From contig JBQMRP010000057.1 of NCBI GenBank assembly GCA_052174455.1, forward strand, positions 42,778 to 106,777: a stretch of 64,000 nt of DNA. Reading direction: 5' to 3'. Of the stretch, positions 1 through 13,819 are shown in pieces (positions within the stretch are counted from its first letter, which is position 1; the number at the start of each line of letters is the position of its first letter). Under the pieces are notes generated by a model that ran no database searches, had not been told where the DNA came from, and worked only from the letters and a program-made list of their open reading frames with translations. A program made the position numbers and the translations under genes. Source of the stretch: Arsenophonus sp. NC-PE1-MAG3. Its GTDB lineage: Bacteria > Pseudomonadota > Gammaproteobacteria > Enterobacterales > Enterobacteriaceae.

Positions 1-1
1 A

Positions 2-42
2 ATAATTATAAAAAACATCATCCGATGCCTTTTTATAATTAT
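2..42 (+). terminator. AT-rich hairpin, possibly the terminator of the upstream off-window gene
   Basis: Perfect 13-bp arms ATAATTATAAAAA / TTTTTATAATTAT (2-14, 30-42) with inner CATC/GATG pairing. Lies about 220 nt upstream of secE, where tufB ends in E. coli. Confidence 0.3.
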
Positions 43-263
43 CTTAGATAACTTAAAAACCTATTTCATCAATAGCTTATATGATCAATTATTAATGAGA
101 TTAAACTCTGATATAAATTATTGGATGTCTCTTAATAGTTAATCCCATACTGATTTATGGCGTAAAGTTAGATAGAATAGTGGTATGTTTTATTTCAGTA
201 AAATTTAAATTATTTTACGAGATAAAATAACTTTTAATTAAATTATAGTAACCGGGTTGGTTT

Positions 264-647
264 ATGAGTGTGAATAGCGATACTCAAGAAAGCAGACGTA
301 GTTTTGATGTAGTAAAATGGCTATTAGTCGCAATTCTTTTAATTATTGCTATTGTTGGTAATTACTATTTCCGACAATACAATCTTACATTACGTGTTAT
401 ATCAGTTGTTATTTTTACCGCGCTTGCTAGCGGAATTGCATTGTGGACAACAAAAGGAAAAGCAACTTTAATATTTTTTCGTGAAGCTCGTATTGAAATT
501 CGTAAAGTCATTTGGCCAACGCGCCAAGAAACATTACAGACAACATTAATTGTTGCAGCAGTTACTGTTGTTATGGCACTAATTCTTTTTGGATTAGATG
601 GTATACTGGTACGTTTAGTTTCATTTATTACAGGCCTGAGGTTTTAA
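264..647 (+). CDS. secE: preprotein translocase subunit SecE
   Basis: 127-aa ORF with hydrophobic TM stretches and the conserved C-terminal region ([17 protein letters not shown]). Directly precedes nusG as in the E. coli secE-nusG operon. Confidence 0.93.
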   Translation: MSVNSDTQESRRSFDVVKWLLVAILLIIAIVGNYYFRQYNLTLRVISVVIFTALASGIALWTTKGKATLIFFREARIEIRKVIWPTRQETLQTTLIVAAVTVVMALILFGLDGILVRLVSFITGLRF

Positions 648-648
648 G

Positions 649-1194
649 ATGTCTGAATTCCCTATAAAACGCTGGTATGTTATTCAAGCATTTTCTGGTT
701 TTGAAGCTAGAGTTGCTCAGTCATTGCGTGAGCATATCAAGTTACTTGCTATGGAAGATAAATTTGGTGAAGTGATAGTGCCAACTGAAGAAGTGATGGA
801 AATTCGAAGTGGCCAACGTCGTAAAAGTGAACGGAAATTCTTTCCAGGATATGTTTTAATTCAAATGACTATGGATAATGATAGCTGGCATTTAGTGCGT
901 AGTGTGCCACGTATTATGGGTTTTATTGGCGGCACACCAGATCGCCCAGCTCCTATTAGCGATAAAGAAATTGATTCGATCATGAATCGCTTACAGCAAG
1001 TAGGAGATAAACCACGACCAAAAACACTATTTGAGCCAGGAGAAATGATTCGCGTTACTGATGGTCCATTTGCAGATTTCAACGGTATCGTTGAAGAAGT
1101 TGACTATGAAAAAAGCCGTCTCAAAGTATCTGTTTCTATTTTCGGGCGCGCAACTCCGGTAGAGTTAGATTTTAGTCAAGTAGAAAAAGTGTAA
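649..1194 (+). CDS. nusG: transcription termination/antitermination factor NusG
   Basis: 181 aa, near-colinear with E. coli NusG ([13 protein letters not shown]..., C-terminal KOW region). Starts 1 nt after the secE stop. Confidence 0.96.
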   Translation: MSEFPIKRWYVIQAFSGFEARVAQSLREHIKLLAMEDKFGEVIVPTEEVMEIRSGQRRKSERKFFPGYVLIQMTMDNDSWHLVRSVPRIMGFIGGTPDRPAPISDKEIDSIMNRLQQVGDKPRPKTLFEPGEMIRVTDGPFADFNGIVEEVDYEKSRLKVSVSIFGRATPVELDFSQVEKV

Positions 1195-1340
1195 TTTATT
1201 ACACAACTTGCTTGTAAAAAGTAGGAAATTTAGCTAGAATCCCGCGTTTTTAGTTTTTTATCACCTAAAATTAAACAAGTTATTATAACATATAGGACTT
1301 TTATAATTGAAACGACATTACCAAATTAGAGGAAATATTC

Positions 1341-1769
1341 ATGGCTAAAAAAATACAAGCATATGTTAAGCTGCAAGTTGCAGCAGGCATGGCTAGTCCT
1401 AGTCCTCCTGTTGGTCCAGCTTTGGGTCAAAAAGGTGTGAATATCATAGAATTTTGTAAAACATTTAATGCTAAAACAGATAACTTAGAAAAAGGTTTAC
1501 CAATTCCAGTTGTAATTACTGTCTATTCAGACCGTTCATTTACATTTATAACTAAAACACCACCTGCCGCGATTTTACTAAAAAAAGCAGCGGGTGTTAA
1601 GTTAGGTTCAAGTAAACAAAATAAAGAGAAAGTTGGCAAAGTAACTATCGCACAAATTCGTGAAATTGCAGAAACAAAAGCTATGGATATGACAGGGGCT
1701 GATATTGAAGCAATGATGCGTTCAATTAAAGGCACTACTCGTTCTATGGGCTTGATAGTAGAGGGTTAA
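1341..1769 (+). CDS. rplK: 50S ribosomal protein L11
   Basis: 142 aa, [30 protein letters not shown]... almost identical to E. coli L11. GGAG-type RBS upstream. Confidence 0.97.
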   Translation: MAKKIQAYVKLQVAAGMASPSPPVGPALGQKGVNIIEFCKTFNAKTDNLEKGLPIPVVITVYSDRSFTFITKTPPAAILLKKAAGVKLGSSKQNKEKVGKVTIAQIREIAETKAMDMTGADIEAMMRSIKGTTRSMGLIVEG

Positions 1770-1772
1770 TTA

Positions 1773-2474
1773 ATGCCTAAACTAACTAAGCGTCTACGAA
1801 ATATTCGTGAAAAAATTGATGCAATTAAACAGTATGATATTACTGAAGCAATTACACTCTTAAAAGAATTAGCGACGGCTAAATTTATAGAAAGTGTTGA
1901 CGTTGCAGTTAATCTTGGAATCGATGCACGTAAATCTGATCAAAATGTTCGTGGTGCAATTGTTTTACCGCATGGTACAGGTCGTTCTATTCGTGTTGCT
2001 GTATTTACTCAGGGAACGAATGCTGTAGCTGCAACAGCTACTGGAGCTGAATTAGTTGGTATGGAAGATCTGGCGGATAAAATTAAATCGGGTGAAATGA
2101 ACTTTGATATAGTTATTGCTTCGCCAGACGCAATGCACATTGTTGGCCAATTAGGTCAAATTTTAGGACCCCGTGGTTTAATGCCAAACCCAAAAGTTGG
2201 CACAGTAACACCTAATATTACTAAAGCAATTCAAAATGCCAAAGCGGGTCAGATCCGTTACCGTAATGATAAAAACGGTATCATTCATAGCAGTATCGGT
2301 AAAGTTGATTTTACCGATTTTAAATTAAAAGAAAATCTTGAAGCACTATTAGTTGGGTTGAAAAAAGCAAAACCCGCTTCTACTAAAGGTGTTTATATTA
2401 AGAAAATTAGCCTATCTACCACAATGGGAGCAGGGATTGCCGTTGATCAAACAGGATTATTTGCTTCAAAATAA
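1773..2474 (+). CDS. rplA: 50S ribosomal protein L1
   Basis: 233 aa, colinear with E. coli L1. Starts 3 nt after rplK. Confidence 0.97.
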   Translation: MPKLTKRLRNIREKIDAIKQYDITEAITLLKELATAKFIESVDVAVNLGIDARKSDQNVRGAIVLPHGTGRSIRVAVFTQGTNAVAATATGAELVGMEDLADKIKSGEMNFDIVIASPDAMHIVGQLGQILGPRGLMPNPKVGTVTPNITKAIQNAKAGQIRYRNDKNGIIHSSIGKVDFTDFKLKENLEALLVGLKKAKPASTKGVYIKKISLSTTMGAGIAVDQTGLFASK

Positions 2475-2771
2475 TTTTTGAATATCATTTCAGCTTTACC
2501 TTTGTGTTAAATTTATATAAGATTTAACATCTTATTGTTTGTTATTTCTATAAGAAATAACAAACAATAAATTTAGGTTGGTGCCTTAACCTTATTTAAG
2601 GCACCATCCAAGACCGTAACTGTACGTATAACTTAATATCCTACTTAGATGGTGAAAAGTAAACCAAGATTAATTTCTGAATTCTACTCATTGTATTAAT
2701 GCCTAAACATATAGGATATTTTGAGTGATATGAGTCCAAAGTAGCACAATTAATCCAGGAGCAAAAAGCTA
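2475..2771 (+). promoter_or_regulatory. rplA-rplJ intergenic region: probable rplJ (L10) promoter and leader with two strong hairpins
   Basis: A perfect 17-bp stem at 2532-2570 (TTATTGTTTGTTATTTC / GAAATAACAAACAATAA) and a 9-bp GC-containing stem at 2580-2605 (GGTGCCTTA / TAAGGCACC). In E. coli this position holds the long L10-operon leader. The leader structure itself was not verified. Confidence 0.35.
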
Positions 2772-3269
2772 ATGGCATTAAATTTTCAAGACAAACAAGC
2801 AATTGTTACCGAAATTAGCGAACTAGCTAAAGGTGCGGTGTCTGCAGTTGTCGCAGATTCTCGTGGTGTACCTGTAGATAAAATGACTAACTTACGTAAA
2901 ACAGGTCGAGAAGCAGGTATTTATCTTCGTATCGTTCGTAATACATTGATGCGCCGTGTTGTTAAAGGTACTACTTATGAGTGCCTTAAAAAAGCATTTA
3001 TTGGTCCAACCTTGATTGCTTTTTCTAAAAAACATCCGGGTGCAGCAGCTCGTTTGTTTAAAGAATTTGCGAAAGCAAATCAAGCTTTCAAAATTAAAGC
3101 AGCAGCCTTTGAAGGAAAGTATATTCCAGCAAATCAAATCGATCGTTTGGCAACTATTCCAACTTACGATGAAGCAATTGCGCGTCTGATGTCAACCATG
3201 AAAGAAGCTTTTGCAGGTAAATTACCTCGAATTATGGCGGCACTACGCGATCAGAAAAAAGCTGATTAA
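2772..3269 (+). CDS. rplJ: 50S ribosomal protein L10
   Basis: 165 aa, colinear with E. coli L10. GGAG RBS at about 2757. Confidence 0.96.
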   Translation: MALNFQDKQAIVTEISELAKGAVSAVVADSRGVPVDKMTNLRKTGREAGIYLRIVRNTLMRRVVKGTTYECLKKAFIGPTLIAFSKKHPGAAARLFKEFAKANQAFKIKAAAFEGKYIPANQIDRLATIPTYDEAIARLMSTMKEAFAGKLPRIMAALRDQKKAD

Positions 3270-3329
3270 GACTATTCCAAGTCATTGCTTTTTAACGTAA
3301 AATTTTTCTAAATTTTAGGAACCCTTGTT

Positions 3330-3692
3330 ATGTCTATAACTAAAGAACAAATTCTTGATGCGATCGCAGAGATGTCTGTAATGGACGTTGTTGCACTGAT
3401 CGCTATGATGGAAGACAAGTTTGGTGTTTCAGCAGCAGGTGTTGTTGCTGGACCTACTATTGAAACAGTAGTTGAAGAAAAAACTGAATTCGAAGTTATC
3501 TTATCTGCTATCGGTGCTAACAAAGTTGCAGTTATTAAAGCTGTTCGTACGGCAACCGGTTTAGGATTAAAAGAAGCTAAAGACATGGTAGAATCAGCGC
3601 CAACAACAATTAAAGAAGCAGTAAGCAAGGAAGAATCTGAAACACTGAAGAAATCGCTGGAATCGGTTGGTGCTTCCGTTGAAATTAAATAA
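3330..3692 (+). CDS. rplL: 50S ribosomal protein L7/L12
   Basis: 120 aa, [21 protein letters not shown]... with the typical alanine-rich hinge and C-terminal domain. Confidence 0.97.
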   Translation: MSITKEQILDAIAEMSVMDVVALIAMMEDKFGVSAAGVVAGPTIETVVEEKTEFEVILSAIGANKVAVIKAVRTATGLGLKEAKDMVESAPTTIKEAVSKEESETLKKSLESVGASVEIK

Positions 3693-3731
3693 GATTTGTT
3701 TTAAGTTAATAGCCTAATGTTATAGGCTAAC

Positions 3732-3762
3732 AGCTGGTGATTTTTTAATCACCAGCTTTTTT
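3732..3762 (+). terminator. rplL-rpoB intergenic attenuator or terminator hairpin
   Basis: AGCTGGTGATT-TTTT-AATCACCAGCT followed by TTTTTT. Same position as the partial terminator between rplL and rpoB in E. coli. Confidence 0.7.
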
Positions 3763-4037
3763 GCGCTATTAAAGCGCATTAAAGTATCAGTAATATTTCA
3801 CACTGTTTAGTTACTGAGTTATCTTTTCAATACTTTTTCTATTGACGACTTAATATACTGTGTTTATGACTCTGACAATTAATTAAAGCTTAGTAGCTAT
3901 AATGCAATGAAATGATTTAAGAGTAATAGCAATAAGTATTATGGAAAATAATCTGTTTTCATTCTAAAAATAGTGTTGCAGATGCTGTCCTTTAGGACGG
4001 ACAAAGTGGGCCACTGATCAGTAAGCTGAGGAACCCT

Positions 4038-7000
4038 ATGGTTTACTCCTATACCGAGAAAAAACGTATTCGTAAGGATTTTGGCAAACGTCCGCAAATT
4101 TTGGATGTTCCTTATCTTTTATCTATCCAACTTGACTCGTTCGCTAAGTTTATCGAGCAAGATTTAGAAGGTCAGAATGGACTGGAAGCAGCATTCCGTT
4201 CTGTATTTCCAATTCAAAGCTACAGTGGCAATGCTGAATTGCAATATGTTAGCTACCATCTTGGTGAACCTGTATTTGATATTAAAGAATGTCAGATACG
4301 TGGTGTCACTTATTCTGCTCCTTTACGAGTTAAACTACGTCTTGTTATTTACGAGCGTGAAGCACCAGAAGGAACAGTAAAAGATATAAAAGAGCAAGAA
4401 GTTTACATGGGTGAAATTCCACTCATGACAGATAATGGTACTTTTATTATTAATGGTACAGAGCGTGTTATTGTTTCTCAATTACATCGTAGTCCTGGTG
4501 TATTTTTTGATAGCGATAAAGGTAAAACCCATTCTTCAGGTAAGGTACTATATAATGCACGTATTATTCCTTATCGTGGTTCATGGTTAGATTTTGAATT
4601 TGATCCTAAAGATAATCTTTTCGTTCGTATTGATCGCCGTCGTAAATTACCAGCAACAATTATTCTACGTGCGATGGATTATGTTACTGAAGAAATTCTT
4701 AATCTCTTTTTTGAGAAGACAATTTTTAAAATTAGTAATAATAAACTATTTATGACATTAATCCCTGAACGTTTGCGTGGTGAAACTGCTTCTTTTGATA
4801 TTGAAGCAAACGGTACAGTCTATATTGAAAAAGGCCGCCGTATTACTGCACGTCAGATCCGTCAACTAGAAAAAGATCAAATCACCAAAATTGAAGTACC
4901 TGTTGAATATATTGCTGGTAAAGTAGTGGCTAAAGATTACGTTAATAAAAGTACCGGAGAATTAATTTGTACAGCTAATACAGAGCTTTCTCTAGATATA
5001 TTGGCACGTTTAAGTCAAGGTTCTCATAAAACCATTGAGACCTTATTTACTAATGACTTAGATCATGGATCATATATTTCTGAAACATTGCGTACTGATC
5101 CAACGAATGATCGTTTAAGTGCATTAGTTGAAATTTACCGTATGATGCGTCCAGGTGAGCCACCTACTCGTGAAGCGGCAGAAAATCTATTTGAGAACTT
5201 ATTCTTTTCTGAAGAGCGTTATGACCTTTGTTCTGTAGGACGTATGAAATTCAATCGTTCACTAAATCGTGATGCAATTAAAGGCTTAAATATCTTGAGC
5301 AAACAAGATATCATCGATGTGATGAAAAAACTTATTGATATTCGTAACGGTAAAGGTGAAGTTGATGATATTGACCATTTAGGTAATCGCCGTATTCGTT
5401 CAGTTGGCGAAATGGCTGAAAATCAGTTCCGAGTTGGTTTAGTGCGAGTTGAGCGTGCAGTTAAAGAGCGTTTGTCATTAGGTGATTTAGATGTATTAAT
5501 GCCTCAGGATATGATTAACGCGAAACCGATTTCTGCTGCAGTTAAAGAGTTTTTCGGTTCAAGTCAATTATCCCAGTTTATGGATCAGAATAACCCACTG
5601 TCTGAAATCACACATAAACGCCGTATTTCAGCATTAGGTCCTGGTGGATTAACACGGGAACGAGCTGGCTTTGAAGTTCGTGACGTACATCCAACTCACT
5701 ATGGGCGTGTATGTCCAATTGAGACGCCTGAAGGGCCGAATATCGGTTTGATTAACTCATTATCTGTCTATGCTCAAACTAATGAGTATGGTTTTTTGGA
5801 AACGCCTTATCGTTTAGTACGAGATGGTATCGTTACTGATGAAATTCATTATTTATCAGCGATTGAAGAAGGTAACTACATAATTGCTCAGGCAAATACT
5901 GTTTTAGATGATAATGGTTGCTTTGTTGAAGAATTAATCACTTGCCGTAATAAAGGTGAATCTAGTTTATTTACCCAAGAGCAAGTAGAATACATGGACG
6001 TTTCAACTCAGCAGGTTGTTTCTGTTGGTGCTTCATTAATTCCATTTCTTGAGCATGATGATGCAAACCGTGCATTAATGGGCGCGAACATGCAACGTCA
6101 AGCGGTACCAACATTACGATCAGATAAACCATTAGTTGGAACGGGTATGGAACGTGCTGTTGCTGTTGACTCTGGAGTAACAGCCGTGGCTAAACGTGGT
6201 GGCACTGTTCAGTATGTTGATGCTTCACGTATTGTTATTAAAGTTAATGAAGATGAAATGTATCTTGGTAAATCCGGCATTGATATCTACAATCTCACTA
6301 AATATACGCGTTCTAATCAGAACACCTGCATTAATCAAATTCCATGTGTTTCTCTTGGTGATCCGATTGAACGCGGCGATGTTTTAGCTGATGGACCATC
6401 AACAGATTTAGGTGAATTAGCGCTTGGGCAAAATATGCGTGTGGCATTTATGCCTTGGAATGGTTATAATTTTGAAGATTCTATTTTAGTATCTGAACGA
6501 GTAGTACAGGAAGATCGTTTTACCACTATTCATATCCAGGAATTAGCTTGTGTATCGCGTGATACTAAATTAGGACCAGAAGAAATTACAGCAGATATTC
6601 CTAACGTAGGTGAAGCTGCATTATCTAAATTAGATGAATCAGGTATTGTTTATATTGGTGCAGAAGTAACGGGCGGCGATATTCTGGTTGGTAAGGTAAC
6701 ACCAAAAGGTGAAACGCAATTAACGCCAGAAGAGAAATTGTTGCGCGCTATTTTTGGTGAAAAAGCTTCTGATGTCAAAGATTCTTCACTGAAGGTACCA
6801 AATGGGGTATCAGGAACGGTTATTGATGTTCAAGTATTTACTCGCGATGGAGTAGAGAAAGATAAACGTGCGTTAGAAATTGAAGAAATGCAGCTTCGTG
6901 ATGCAAAAAAAGACTTAACTGAAGAGTTGCGTATCTTTGAAGCAGGTTTATTTGCCCGTATCCGAGCAGTATTAACTAATGGTGGCATTAAAGGTGAAAA

Positions 7001-8066
7001 ACTAGATAAATTACCACATGAACGTTGGTTAGAATTATCTTTAAAGGATGAAGAAAAACAAAGTCAGCTAAAACAATTAGCTGAGCAACATGATGAGCTT
7101 AAAGATAATTTCGAGAAGAAATTAGAGGCTAAACGTTGCAAGATCACTCAAGGAGATGATTTAGCGCCAGGCGTATTAAAAATCGTTAAAGTTTATTTAG
7201 CAGTAAAACGTCAAATTCAACTTGGCGATAAAATGGCCGGCCGGCATGGTAATAAAGGGGTTATTTCAAAAATTAACCCTGTTGAAGACATGCCTTACGA
7301 TGAAACTGGTAACCATGTTGATATCGTTTTAAACCCACTTGGCGTACCATCACGTATGAATATTGGACAAATTCTGGAAACTCATTTGGGAATGGCTTCC
7401 AAAGGAATTGGAGATAAGATCAATATCATGCTGAAACAACAGCATAAAGTAGCAAAATTAAGAGAATTTATTCAGAAAGCTTATGATTTAGGAGATGATC
7501 CTCGTCAAAAGGTTGATCTCAGTATCTTTTCTGATGAAGAAGTTCTGCGCTTAGCAAATAATTTAAAAAAAGGTATACCAATTGCAACACCGGTCTTTGA
7601 TGGTGCAAAAGAAAATGAAATCAAAGAACTATTGACTTTAGCTGAATTGCCAACTTCGGGTCAGATTGAATTGTATGATGGTTGTACAGGTGAGAAATTT
7701 GAACGTCAAGTGACAGTTGGTTATATGTATATGCTGAAACTGAATCATCTTGTTGATGATAAAATGCATGCACGCTCAACAGGCTCCTATAGCTTGGTTA
7801 CTCAACAACCGTTGGGTGGTAAAGCACAGTTTGGTGGTCAGCGTTTTGGTGAGATGGAGGTCTGGGCTCTAGAAGCATATGGCGCCGCTTACATCTTGCA
7901 AGAAATGCTCACCGTTAAATCCGATGATGTGAACGGACGTACTAAGATGTATAAAAACATAGTAGACGGCAACCATCAGATGGAAGCAGGGATGCCGGAA
8001 TCTTTTAATGTCTTATTGAAAGAGATACGCTCACTGGCTATTAACATTGAACTGGAAGACGAGTAA
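4038..8066 (+). CDS. rpoB: DNA-directed RNA polymerase subunit beta
   Basis: 1342 aa, full-length and colinear with E. coli RpoB ([20 protein letters not shown] ... NIELEDE). Confidence 0.99.
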   Translation: MVYSYTEKKRIRKDFGKRPQILDVPYLLSIQLDSFAKFIEQDLEGQNGLEAAFRSVFPIQSYSGNAELQYVSYHLGEPVFDIKECQIRGVTYSAPLRVKLRLVIYEREAPEGTVKDIKEQEVYMGEIPLMTDNGTFIINGTERVIVSQLHRSPGVFFDSDKGKTHSSGKVLYNARIIPYRGSWLDFEFDPKDNLFVRIDRRRKLPATIILRAMDYVTEEILNLFFEKTIFKISNNKLFMTLIPERLRGETASFDIEANGTVYIEKGRRITARQIRQLEKDQITKIEVPVEYIAGKVVAKDYVNKSTGELICTANTELSLDILARLSQGSHKTIETLFTNDLDHGSYISETLRTDPTNDRLSALVEIYRMMRPGEPPTREAAENLFENLFFSEERYDLCSVGRMKFNRSLNRDAIKGLNILSKQDIIDVMKKLIDIRNGKGEVDDIDHLGNRRIRSVGEMAENQFRVGLVRVERAVKERLSLGDLDVLMPQDMINAKPISAAVKEFFGSSQLSQFMDQNNPLSEITHKRRISALGPGGLTRERAGFEVRDVHPTHYGRVCPIETPEGPNIGLINSLSVYAQTNEYGFLETPYRLVRDGIVTDEIHYLSAIEEGNYIIAQANTVLDDNGCFVEELITCRNKGESSLFTQEQVEYMDVSTQQVVSVGASLIPFLEHDDANRALMGANMQRQAVPTLRSDKPLVGTGMERAVAVDSGVTAVAKRGGTVQYVDASRIVIKVNEDEMYLGKSGIDIYNLTKYTRSNQNTCINQIPCVSLGDPIERGDVLADGPSTDLGELALGQNMRVAFMPWNGYNFEDSILVSERVVQEDRFTTIHIQELACVSRDTKLGPEEITADIPNVGEAALSKLDESGIVYIGAEVTGGDILVGKVTPKGETQLTPEEKLLRAIFGEKASDVKDSSLKVPNGVSGTVIDVQVFTRDGVEKDKRALEIEEMQLRDAKKDLTEELRIFEAGLFARIRAVLTNGGIKGEKLDKLPHERWLELSLKDEEKQSQLKQLAEQHDELKDNFEKKLEAKRCKITQGDDLAPGVLKIVKVYLAVKRQIQLGDKMAGRHGNKGVISKINPVEDMPYDETGNHVDIVLNPLGVPSRMNIGQILETHLGMASKGIGDKINIMLKQQHKVAKLREFIQKAYDLGDDPRQKVDLSIFSDEEVLRLANNLKKGIPIATPVFDGAKENEIKELLTLAELPTSGQIELYDGCTGEKFERQVTVGYMYMLKLNHLVDDKMHARSTGSYSLVTQQPLGGKAQFGGQRFGEMEVWALEAYGAAYILQEMLTVKSDDVNGRTKMYKNIVDGNHQMEAGMPESFNVLLKEIRSLAINIELEDE

Positions 8067-8185
8067 TAAATGATATTGTAAAGCCTAGTCTCTACTTAGC
8101 TTTATAAAGTATTATACTAGTTTTAGGAGGGAGTAGCTAAAAACCGCTTCTTCCTCGCAGGTTTAACTCCGACAGGAAACATTCC

Positions 8186-11100
8186 GTGAAAGACTTATTA
8201 AAGTTTTTGAAAGCACAGACTAAAACAGAAGAGTTTGATGCTATCAAGATTACTCTCGCCTCTCCAGAGATGATTCGTTCATGGTCATTTGGTGAAGTGA
8301 AAAAGCCAGAAACTATTAACTACCGTACGTTCAAGCCTGAACGTGATGGTCTTTTTTGTGCACGTATTTTTGGGCCAGTTAAAGACTATGAATGTTTGTG
8401 TGGTAAATATAAACGATTAAAACACCGAGGTGTGATTTGTGAAAAATGTGGTGTTGAAGTCACTCAGACTAAAGTACGTCGTGAACGTATGGGTCATATT
8501 GAGTTAGCTTCACCGACAGCACATATCTGGTTTTTAAAATCATTACCGTCACGTATTGGTTTATTGCTTGATATGCCTTTGCGTGATATTGAACGGGTAC
8601 TCTATTTTGAATCTTATGTTGTGATCGAAAAAGGTATGACAAACTTAGAGCTTGGACAAATCTTGACTGAAGAACAATATCTTGATGCTTTAGAAGAGTT
8701 TGGTGATGAATTTGACGCTAAAATGGGTGCAGAATCAATCCAATCATTACTAAAAAATCTTAATTTAGAGCAAGAATGTGAAATCCTACGTGAAGAGTTA
8801 AATATAACTAACTCTGAAACTAAACGGAAAAAATTAACTAAACGTATAAAACTGCTAGAAGCATTTATTCAATCTAGTAATAAGCCTGAGTGGATGATTC
8901 TGAATGTACTACCAATATTACCGCCAGATTTGCGTCCGCTTGTTCCGCTAGATGGTGGTCGCTTTGCAACTTCTGATTTAAATGATTTATATCGTCGCGT
9001 TATTAACCGTAATAATCGTTTAAAACGTCTATTGGATTTAGCTGCCCCTGATATCATTGTACGTAATGAAAAACGAATGTTACAAGAAGCAGTTGATGCA
9101 CTACTGGATAATGGCCGTCGTGGGCGTGCAATTACTGGTTCAAATAAACGTCCGCTGAAATCTTTAGCTGATATGATTAAGGGTAAGCAAGGTCGTTTTC
9201 GTCAGAACTTACTGGGTAAGCGTGTTGATTACTCAGGTCGTTCTGTTATCACGGTTGGTCCTTACCTTCGCCTTCATCAATGTGGTTTGCCTAAAAGAAT
9301 GGCATTAGAATTATTTAAACCATTTATTTATGGTAAATTAGAATTACGTGGATTAGCAACAACGATTAAAGCAGCAAAGAAGATGGTTGAACGTGAAGAA
9401 GCTATTGTCTGGGATATACTCGATGAAGTTATTCGTGAACATCCAGTGATGTTAAACCGTGCCCCAACACTGCATCGTCTTGGTATCCAAGCATTTGAGC
9501 CTATTTTAATTGAAGGTAAAGCAATCCAATTACACCCACTAGTGTGTGCTGCTTATAACGCTGACTTTGATGGTGACCAGATGGCTGTTCATGTTCCGTT
9601 AACTTTAGAAGCGCAGTTAGAAGCACGTGCCTTAATGATGTCAACAAATAATATTTTGTCACCAGCCAGTGGTGAACCTATCATAGTACCTTCTCAAGAT
9701 GTGGTACTTGGTTTGTACTATATGACACGTGATAGTGTAAATGCTAAAGGTGAAAATATGATATTATCTGGACCGAAAGAAGCTGAGCGGGTTTACCGTG
9801 CAGGCTTAGCATCATTACATGCTCGCGTTAAAGTCCGTATTACAGAAGAAGTCCATGATGGTGAAGGTAATGTTAAAGTTGCAACTCAGTTAGTTAATAC
9901 CACGATTGGTAGAGCTATCTTATGGATGATCGTACCTAAAGGCCTACCATACTCATTAGTTAATCAACCGTTAGGTAAAAAAGCCATTTCTAAAATGCTT
10001 AATACTTGTTACCGCGTTTTAGACTTAAAACCAACCGTTATCTTTGCTGACCAAATCATGTATACCGGTTTTGCTTACGCTGCTCGTTCTGGAGCTTCTG
10101 TTGGTATTGACGATATGATAATACCAAAAAAGAAAGCCAGTATTATTTGTGAAGCTGAATCTGAGGTTGCTGAAATTCAAGAACAATTTCAATCAGGTCT
10201 GGTTACTGCTGGCGAACGTTATAATAAAGTTATTGACATTTGGGCTGCAGCTAATGAGCGCGTTGCAAAAGCGATGATGGAAAATTTATCCACTGAAACG
10301 GTTGTTAACCGAGATGGGAAAAACGAGCAACAAATTTCGTTTAACAGTATCTTTATGATGGCTGACTCTGGAGCACGTGGTTCTGCGGCACAAATCCGTC
10401 AGTTAGCGGGTATGCGTGGTTTAATGGCGAAACCAGATGGCTCGATTATTGAAACACCGATCACCGCTAACTTCCGTGAAGGCCTGAATGTATTACAATA
10501 CTTTATTTCAACTCACGGCGCACGTAAAGGTCTAGCTGATACCGCCTTGAAAACAGCAAATTCAGGTTATTTAACTCGTCGTTTAGTTGATGTTGCACAA
10601 GATTTGGTTATCACTGAGAATGATTGTGGTACTCACGATGGTATTTTAATGATGCCGGTTATTGAAGGTGGTGACGTTAAAGAACCTTTACGTGAACGCG
10701 TCTTAGGCCGAGTTATAGCGGAAGACATATTAGTGCCTGGTACAGCGAATATTTTAATACCACGTAATACCTTATTAAGTGAAAAATGGTGTGATGAGCT
10801 GGAAGCCAACTCTGTTGATAACGTAAAAGTGCGCTCTGTTGTAAGTTGTGAAACTGACTTTGGTGTTTGTGCAAAATGTTATGGGCGTGATTTAGCACGT
10901 GGTCATATCATCAATAAAGGTGAAGCCGTTGGTGTTATTGCTGCTCAATCAATTGGTGAGCCTGGCACGCAATTAACAATGCGTACATTTCACATTGGTG
11001 GTGCGGCATCGCGTGCTGCAGCGGAATCGAGTATTCAGGTACGTAATAAAGGGAATATCAAACTGGTTAATGCCAAGTTTGTAAAAAATTCTGAAGGTCA

Positions 11101-12406
11101 CTTGGTTATTACTTCTCGTAATACAGAACTGCGAGTGGTAGATGCATTTGGTCGAACCAAAGAAAACTATAAAGTTCCTTATGGCGCACATCTTAATAAA
11201 GATGATAATGTTAATGGTGGTGAAACCGTTGCTAACTGGGATCCACATACCATGCCAATTATCAGTGAAGTTACGGGTATTATTCATTTCTCTGATATGA
11301 CAGATGGGCAATCTATTATACGTCAGACAGACGAAATAACGGGTTTGTCATCAATTGTTATTCTCGATACAGCTGAGCGTACTGCAGGTAGTAAAGATTT
11401 ACGTCCTGCATTGCGTGTTGTTGATACGAAAGGTAATGATGTATTAATTCCGGGTACTGACATGCCAGCACAATATTTCTTACCTGGTAAGGCAATTGTT
11501 CAATTGGATGATGGTGCGGCAATTAATATTGGTGATACCTTAGCTCGTATTCCACAAGAATCAGGTGGTACTAAGGATATTACCGGTGGCTTACCACGGG
11601 TTGCTGATCTATTTGAAGCACGTCGACCAAAAGAGCCAGCTATTCTTGCTGAAATTAGCGGTATTATTTCTTTTGGTAAGGAAACTAAAGGTAAACGTCG
11701 CCTAGTAATTACACCAATAGATGGTAATGAATCATATGAAGAGATGATCCCTAAATGGCGTCAACTTAATGTTTTTGAAGGTGAGCTAGTTGAACGGGGT
11801 GATGTGATTTCTGATGGTCCAGAATCACCACATGATATTTTACGTTTACGTGGAGCACATGCTGTTGCTCGTTATATCACGAACGAAGTTCAAGAAGTTT
11901 ATCGTCTACAAGGAGTTAAAATTAATGATAAACATATTGAGATTATCGTTCGTCAGATGTTACGTAAAGTAACCATTGTTGATGTTGGTAGCTCTGAATT
12001 CTTGGAAGGTGAACAAGTAGAGTACGCTCGTGTTAAAATAGCGAACCGAAAATTAGAGCAAGAAGATAAAGTACTTGCCACCTTTAGTCGTGATCTTTTA
12101 GGTATTACTAAAGCATCTTTGGCAACAGAATCCTTTATCTCAGCGGCTTCATTTCAGGAAACAACACGTGTTCTTACTGAAGCTGCAGTTGCTGGGAAAC
12201 GTGATGAACTTCGTGGTTTGAAGGAAAACGTAATTGTTGGCCGCTTAATTCCTGCCGGTACAGGCTATGCATATCACCAAGATCGAATGCGTCGTCGTCA
12301 TATGATTAATGAACCTATTGAGTTATCACAAGTTAGCGCTGATGAGGCAACGGCTAATTTGGCAGAATTGCTAAATGCGGGTTTTGGTAACCGAGATCAT
12401 AAATAA
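8186..12406 (+). CDS. rpoC: DNA-directed RNA polymerase subunit beta'
   Basis: 1406 aa with a GTG start ([22 protein letters not shown]...). NADFDGD catalytic motif present. Confidence 0.99.
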   Translation: MKDLLKFLKAQTKTEEFDAIKITLASPEMIRSWSFGEVKKPETINYRTFKPERDGLFCARIFGPVKDYECLCGKYKRLKHRGVICEKCGVEVTQTKVRRERMGHIELASPTAHIWFLKSLPSRIGLLLDMPLRDIERVLYFESYVVIEKGMTNLELGQILTEEQYLDALEEFGDEFDAKMGAESIQSLLKNLNLEQECEILREELNITNSETKRKKLTKRIKLLEAFIQSSNKPEWMILNVLPILPPDLRPLVPLDGGRFATSDLNDLYRRVINRNNRLKRLLDLAAPDIIVRNEKRMLQEAVDALLDNGRRGRAITGSNKRPLKSLADMIKGKQGRFRQNLLGKRVDYSGRSVITVGPYLRLHQCGLPKRMALELFKPFIYGKLELRGLATTIKAAKKMVEREEAIVWDILDEVIREHPVMLNRAPTLHRLGIQAFEPILIEGKAIQLHPLVCAAYNADFDGDQMAVHVPLTLEAQLEARALMMSTNNILSPASGEPIIVPSQDVVLGLYYMTRDSVNAKGENMILSGPKEAERVYRAGLASLHARVKVRITEEVHDGEGNVKVATQLVNTTIGRAILWMIVPKGLPYSLVNQPLGKKAISKMLNTCYRVLDLKPTVIFADQIMYTGFAYAARSGASVGIDDMIIPKKKASIICEAESEVAEIQEQFQSGLVTAGERYNKVIDIWAAANERVAKAMMENLSTETVVNRDGKNEQQISFNSIFMMADSGARGSAAQIRQLAGMRGLMAKPDGSIIETPITANFREGLNVLQYFISTHGARKGLADTALKTANSGYLTRRLVDVAQDLVITENDCGTHDGILMMPVIEGGDVKEPLRERVLGRVIAEDILVPGTANILIPRNTLLSEKWCDELEANSVDNVKVRSVVSCETDFGVCAKCYGRDLARGHIINKGEAVGVIAAQSIGEPGTQLTMRTFHIGGAASRAAAESSIQVRNKGNIKLVNAKFVKNSEGHLVITSRNTELRVVDAFGRTKENYKVPYGAHLNKDDNVNGGETVANWDPHTMPIISEVTGIIHFSDMTDGQSIIRQTDEITGLSSIVILDTAERTAGSKDLRPALRVVDTKGNDVLIPGTDMPAQYFLPGKAIVQLDDGAAINIGDTLARIPQESGGTKDITGGLPRVADLFEARRPKEPAILAEISGIISFGKETKGKRRLVITPIDGNESYEEMIPKWRQLNVFEGELVERGDVISDGPESPHDILRLRGAHAVARYITNEVQEVYRLQGVKINDKHIEIIVRQMLRKVTIVDVGSSEFLEGEQVEYARVKIANRKLEQEDKVLATFSRDLLGITKASLATESFISAASFQETTRVLTEAAVAGKRDELRGLKENVIVGRLIPAGTGYAYHQDRMRRRHMINEPIELSQVSADEATANLAELLNAGFGNRDHK

Positions 12407-12414
12407 CGCAGCTT

Positions 12415-12457
12415 GAGCTATAAAAACGCCCTCTTTATGAGGGCGTTTTTATAGCTC
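12415..12457 (+). terminator. rpoC rho-independent terminator
   Basis: 19-bp perfect stem GAGCTATAAAAACGCCCTC / GAGGGCGTTTTTATAGCTC with loop TTTAT, starting 9 nt after the rpoC stop. Confidence 0.8.
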
Positions 12458-12848
12458 AATATATGAAAAAATTAAATAATTAGACGTTATTATTTTATAA
12501 CTTTATATATAGAGATTTTTACTTTTTTCTTAGTTTTCTAATTTGATAGCGTAAAGAATAATTTGTAACAAAAGACAAAATATTTAATACATTCAAAAAA
12601 ATGTAAGAAAAAGTATATCTTTAAACTGTTTTACTGATCTAAACGCTTTAATTTACTATAAATAAAACATCATGAACTTAGTTAAATTTTTTAGATATAC
12701 TTTTGCACTATACTTAATATCATGTATATTCTAAATAACTGTTGTAAATCAATAATATTACTTAATTTCTTATTTATTTTTATAAAACAAAGAAGTATAA
12801 TTTTGCACCACATAGTACAATTTGATACATCTTGTAGGTATTAATCTA

Positions 12849-12918
12849 AGAGTTATTAAAAAATCTCATATATAACAATCAGACTAGGTTCCACTATAAT
12901 ACTTCCTAGATTAGGTCA
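12849..12918 (-). mobile_element. IS256-family element, short right-end fragment
   Basis: Starts with GAGTTATTAAAAAATCT (the right-end consensus) and then matches the ...GGTTCCACT..TTAGAT.. block of other copies after an internal deletion. Confidence 0.35.
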
Positions 12919-13083
12919 TTAAAAATGATCATTACCAATTTTTGGTAATTTAAATTCTTTTTTTAATTTTTAATAATTAATGTATTAATTTTTCTGTTCT
13001 CATGGTTTTATATACTTAAAATCTTTTGTCTCTTATATTACACTGTATCCATTAACGATACTCTACTTTAAGTATTTATCTAA

Positions 13084-13819
13084 AGATATAATAAATCTTG
13101 CTGTATGGCAAGTACCATTGCACTCTGATACTTCGTAAATCTGCTCTCCATCCTTAAATTAAATATTGTTTAGTACAAGTATCAGGGTCAGGTTCCACTC
13201 CTTAGATAATTCAGATTTTCTAAGTAAACAAGAACACCTTAAGTAGCATTGAAAGGGTTGTTTTTCTCGAACTACAGTGGTTTATGTATCAAATTCGTAA
13301 CCTCACTGTCGAAAAATTCAATTCAATTGAATTCGTCATTCTTATTGATACCCAATATGCTAACGGGAAGGTGTAGAATACCAGCAGTTCTTTTTAATTA
13401 TTTTCCATCATTCTTATTACTGGAATGGTATTATAAAACCTTGCCAACAAAATATCAAGAGCTTTATCAGTGGGATCATAATTCTCTGCTAGCTAAATAT
13501 CCCGCAGCTCAACATTAACTTTTGATTGCATACCTTTTGGAAGTGAAACCAGTAGATTAGCTATTTTGTGTACCCAACAGTGTTAGTGTTGCATATCCGG
13601 GAATATCTTTCCCATTACATTCCAAAACTAAGAATATATAGCTTATTATAAGAGAAGGCTGGCAGATATAGTTAAAGTCACGCGCTTCCGGCCATTGAAA
13701 AGTTCAGCTAAGTTTCGCTTCTAATTCTTGATACCATTTTCGACTGCAACGAACTTCTTATATAATAGTCAGTAAGATCGATATGACTAGCATGGAAAGG
13801 CGATCATCCTGCCTAACAG
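13084..13819 (-). mobile_element. IS256-family element, decayed and split by the next copy (a short remainder resumes near 15252-15300)
   Basis: Colinear with the right half of the copies at 19276-20495, 22393-23774 and 29319-30730. Broken at ...TCATCCTGCCTAACAG, and similar target sequence (GCCTTAACAG...ACGTAGGT) resumes after 15250. Confidence 0.75.

Noticed and set aside
13249-13518. 89-aa plus-strand ORF, with similar ORFs at 29506-29700, 19799-20203, 23291-23575, 49165-49455, 49617-49856 and 60576-60794.
   Set aside because: All lie inside decayed IS256-family copies. Those at 13249, 29506 and 19799 are antisense to the transposase remnant; some of the others are short same-sense remnants under 70 aa, and I did not resolve the strand relation of every one. 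Their recurrence reflects paralogy of the IS copies, not a conserved gene. None has an RBS or a recognisable domain.
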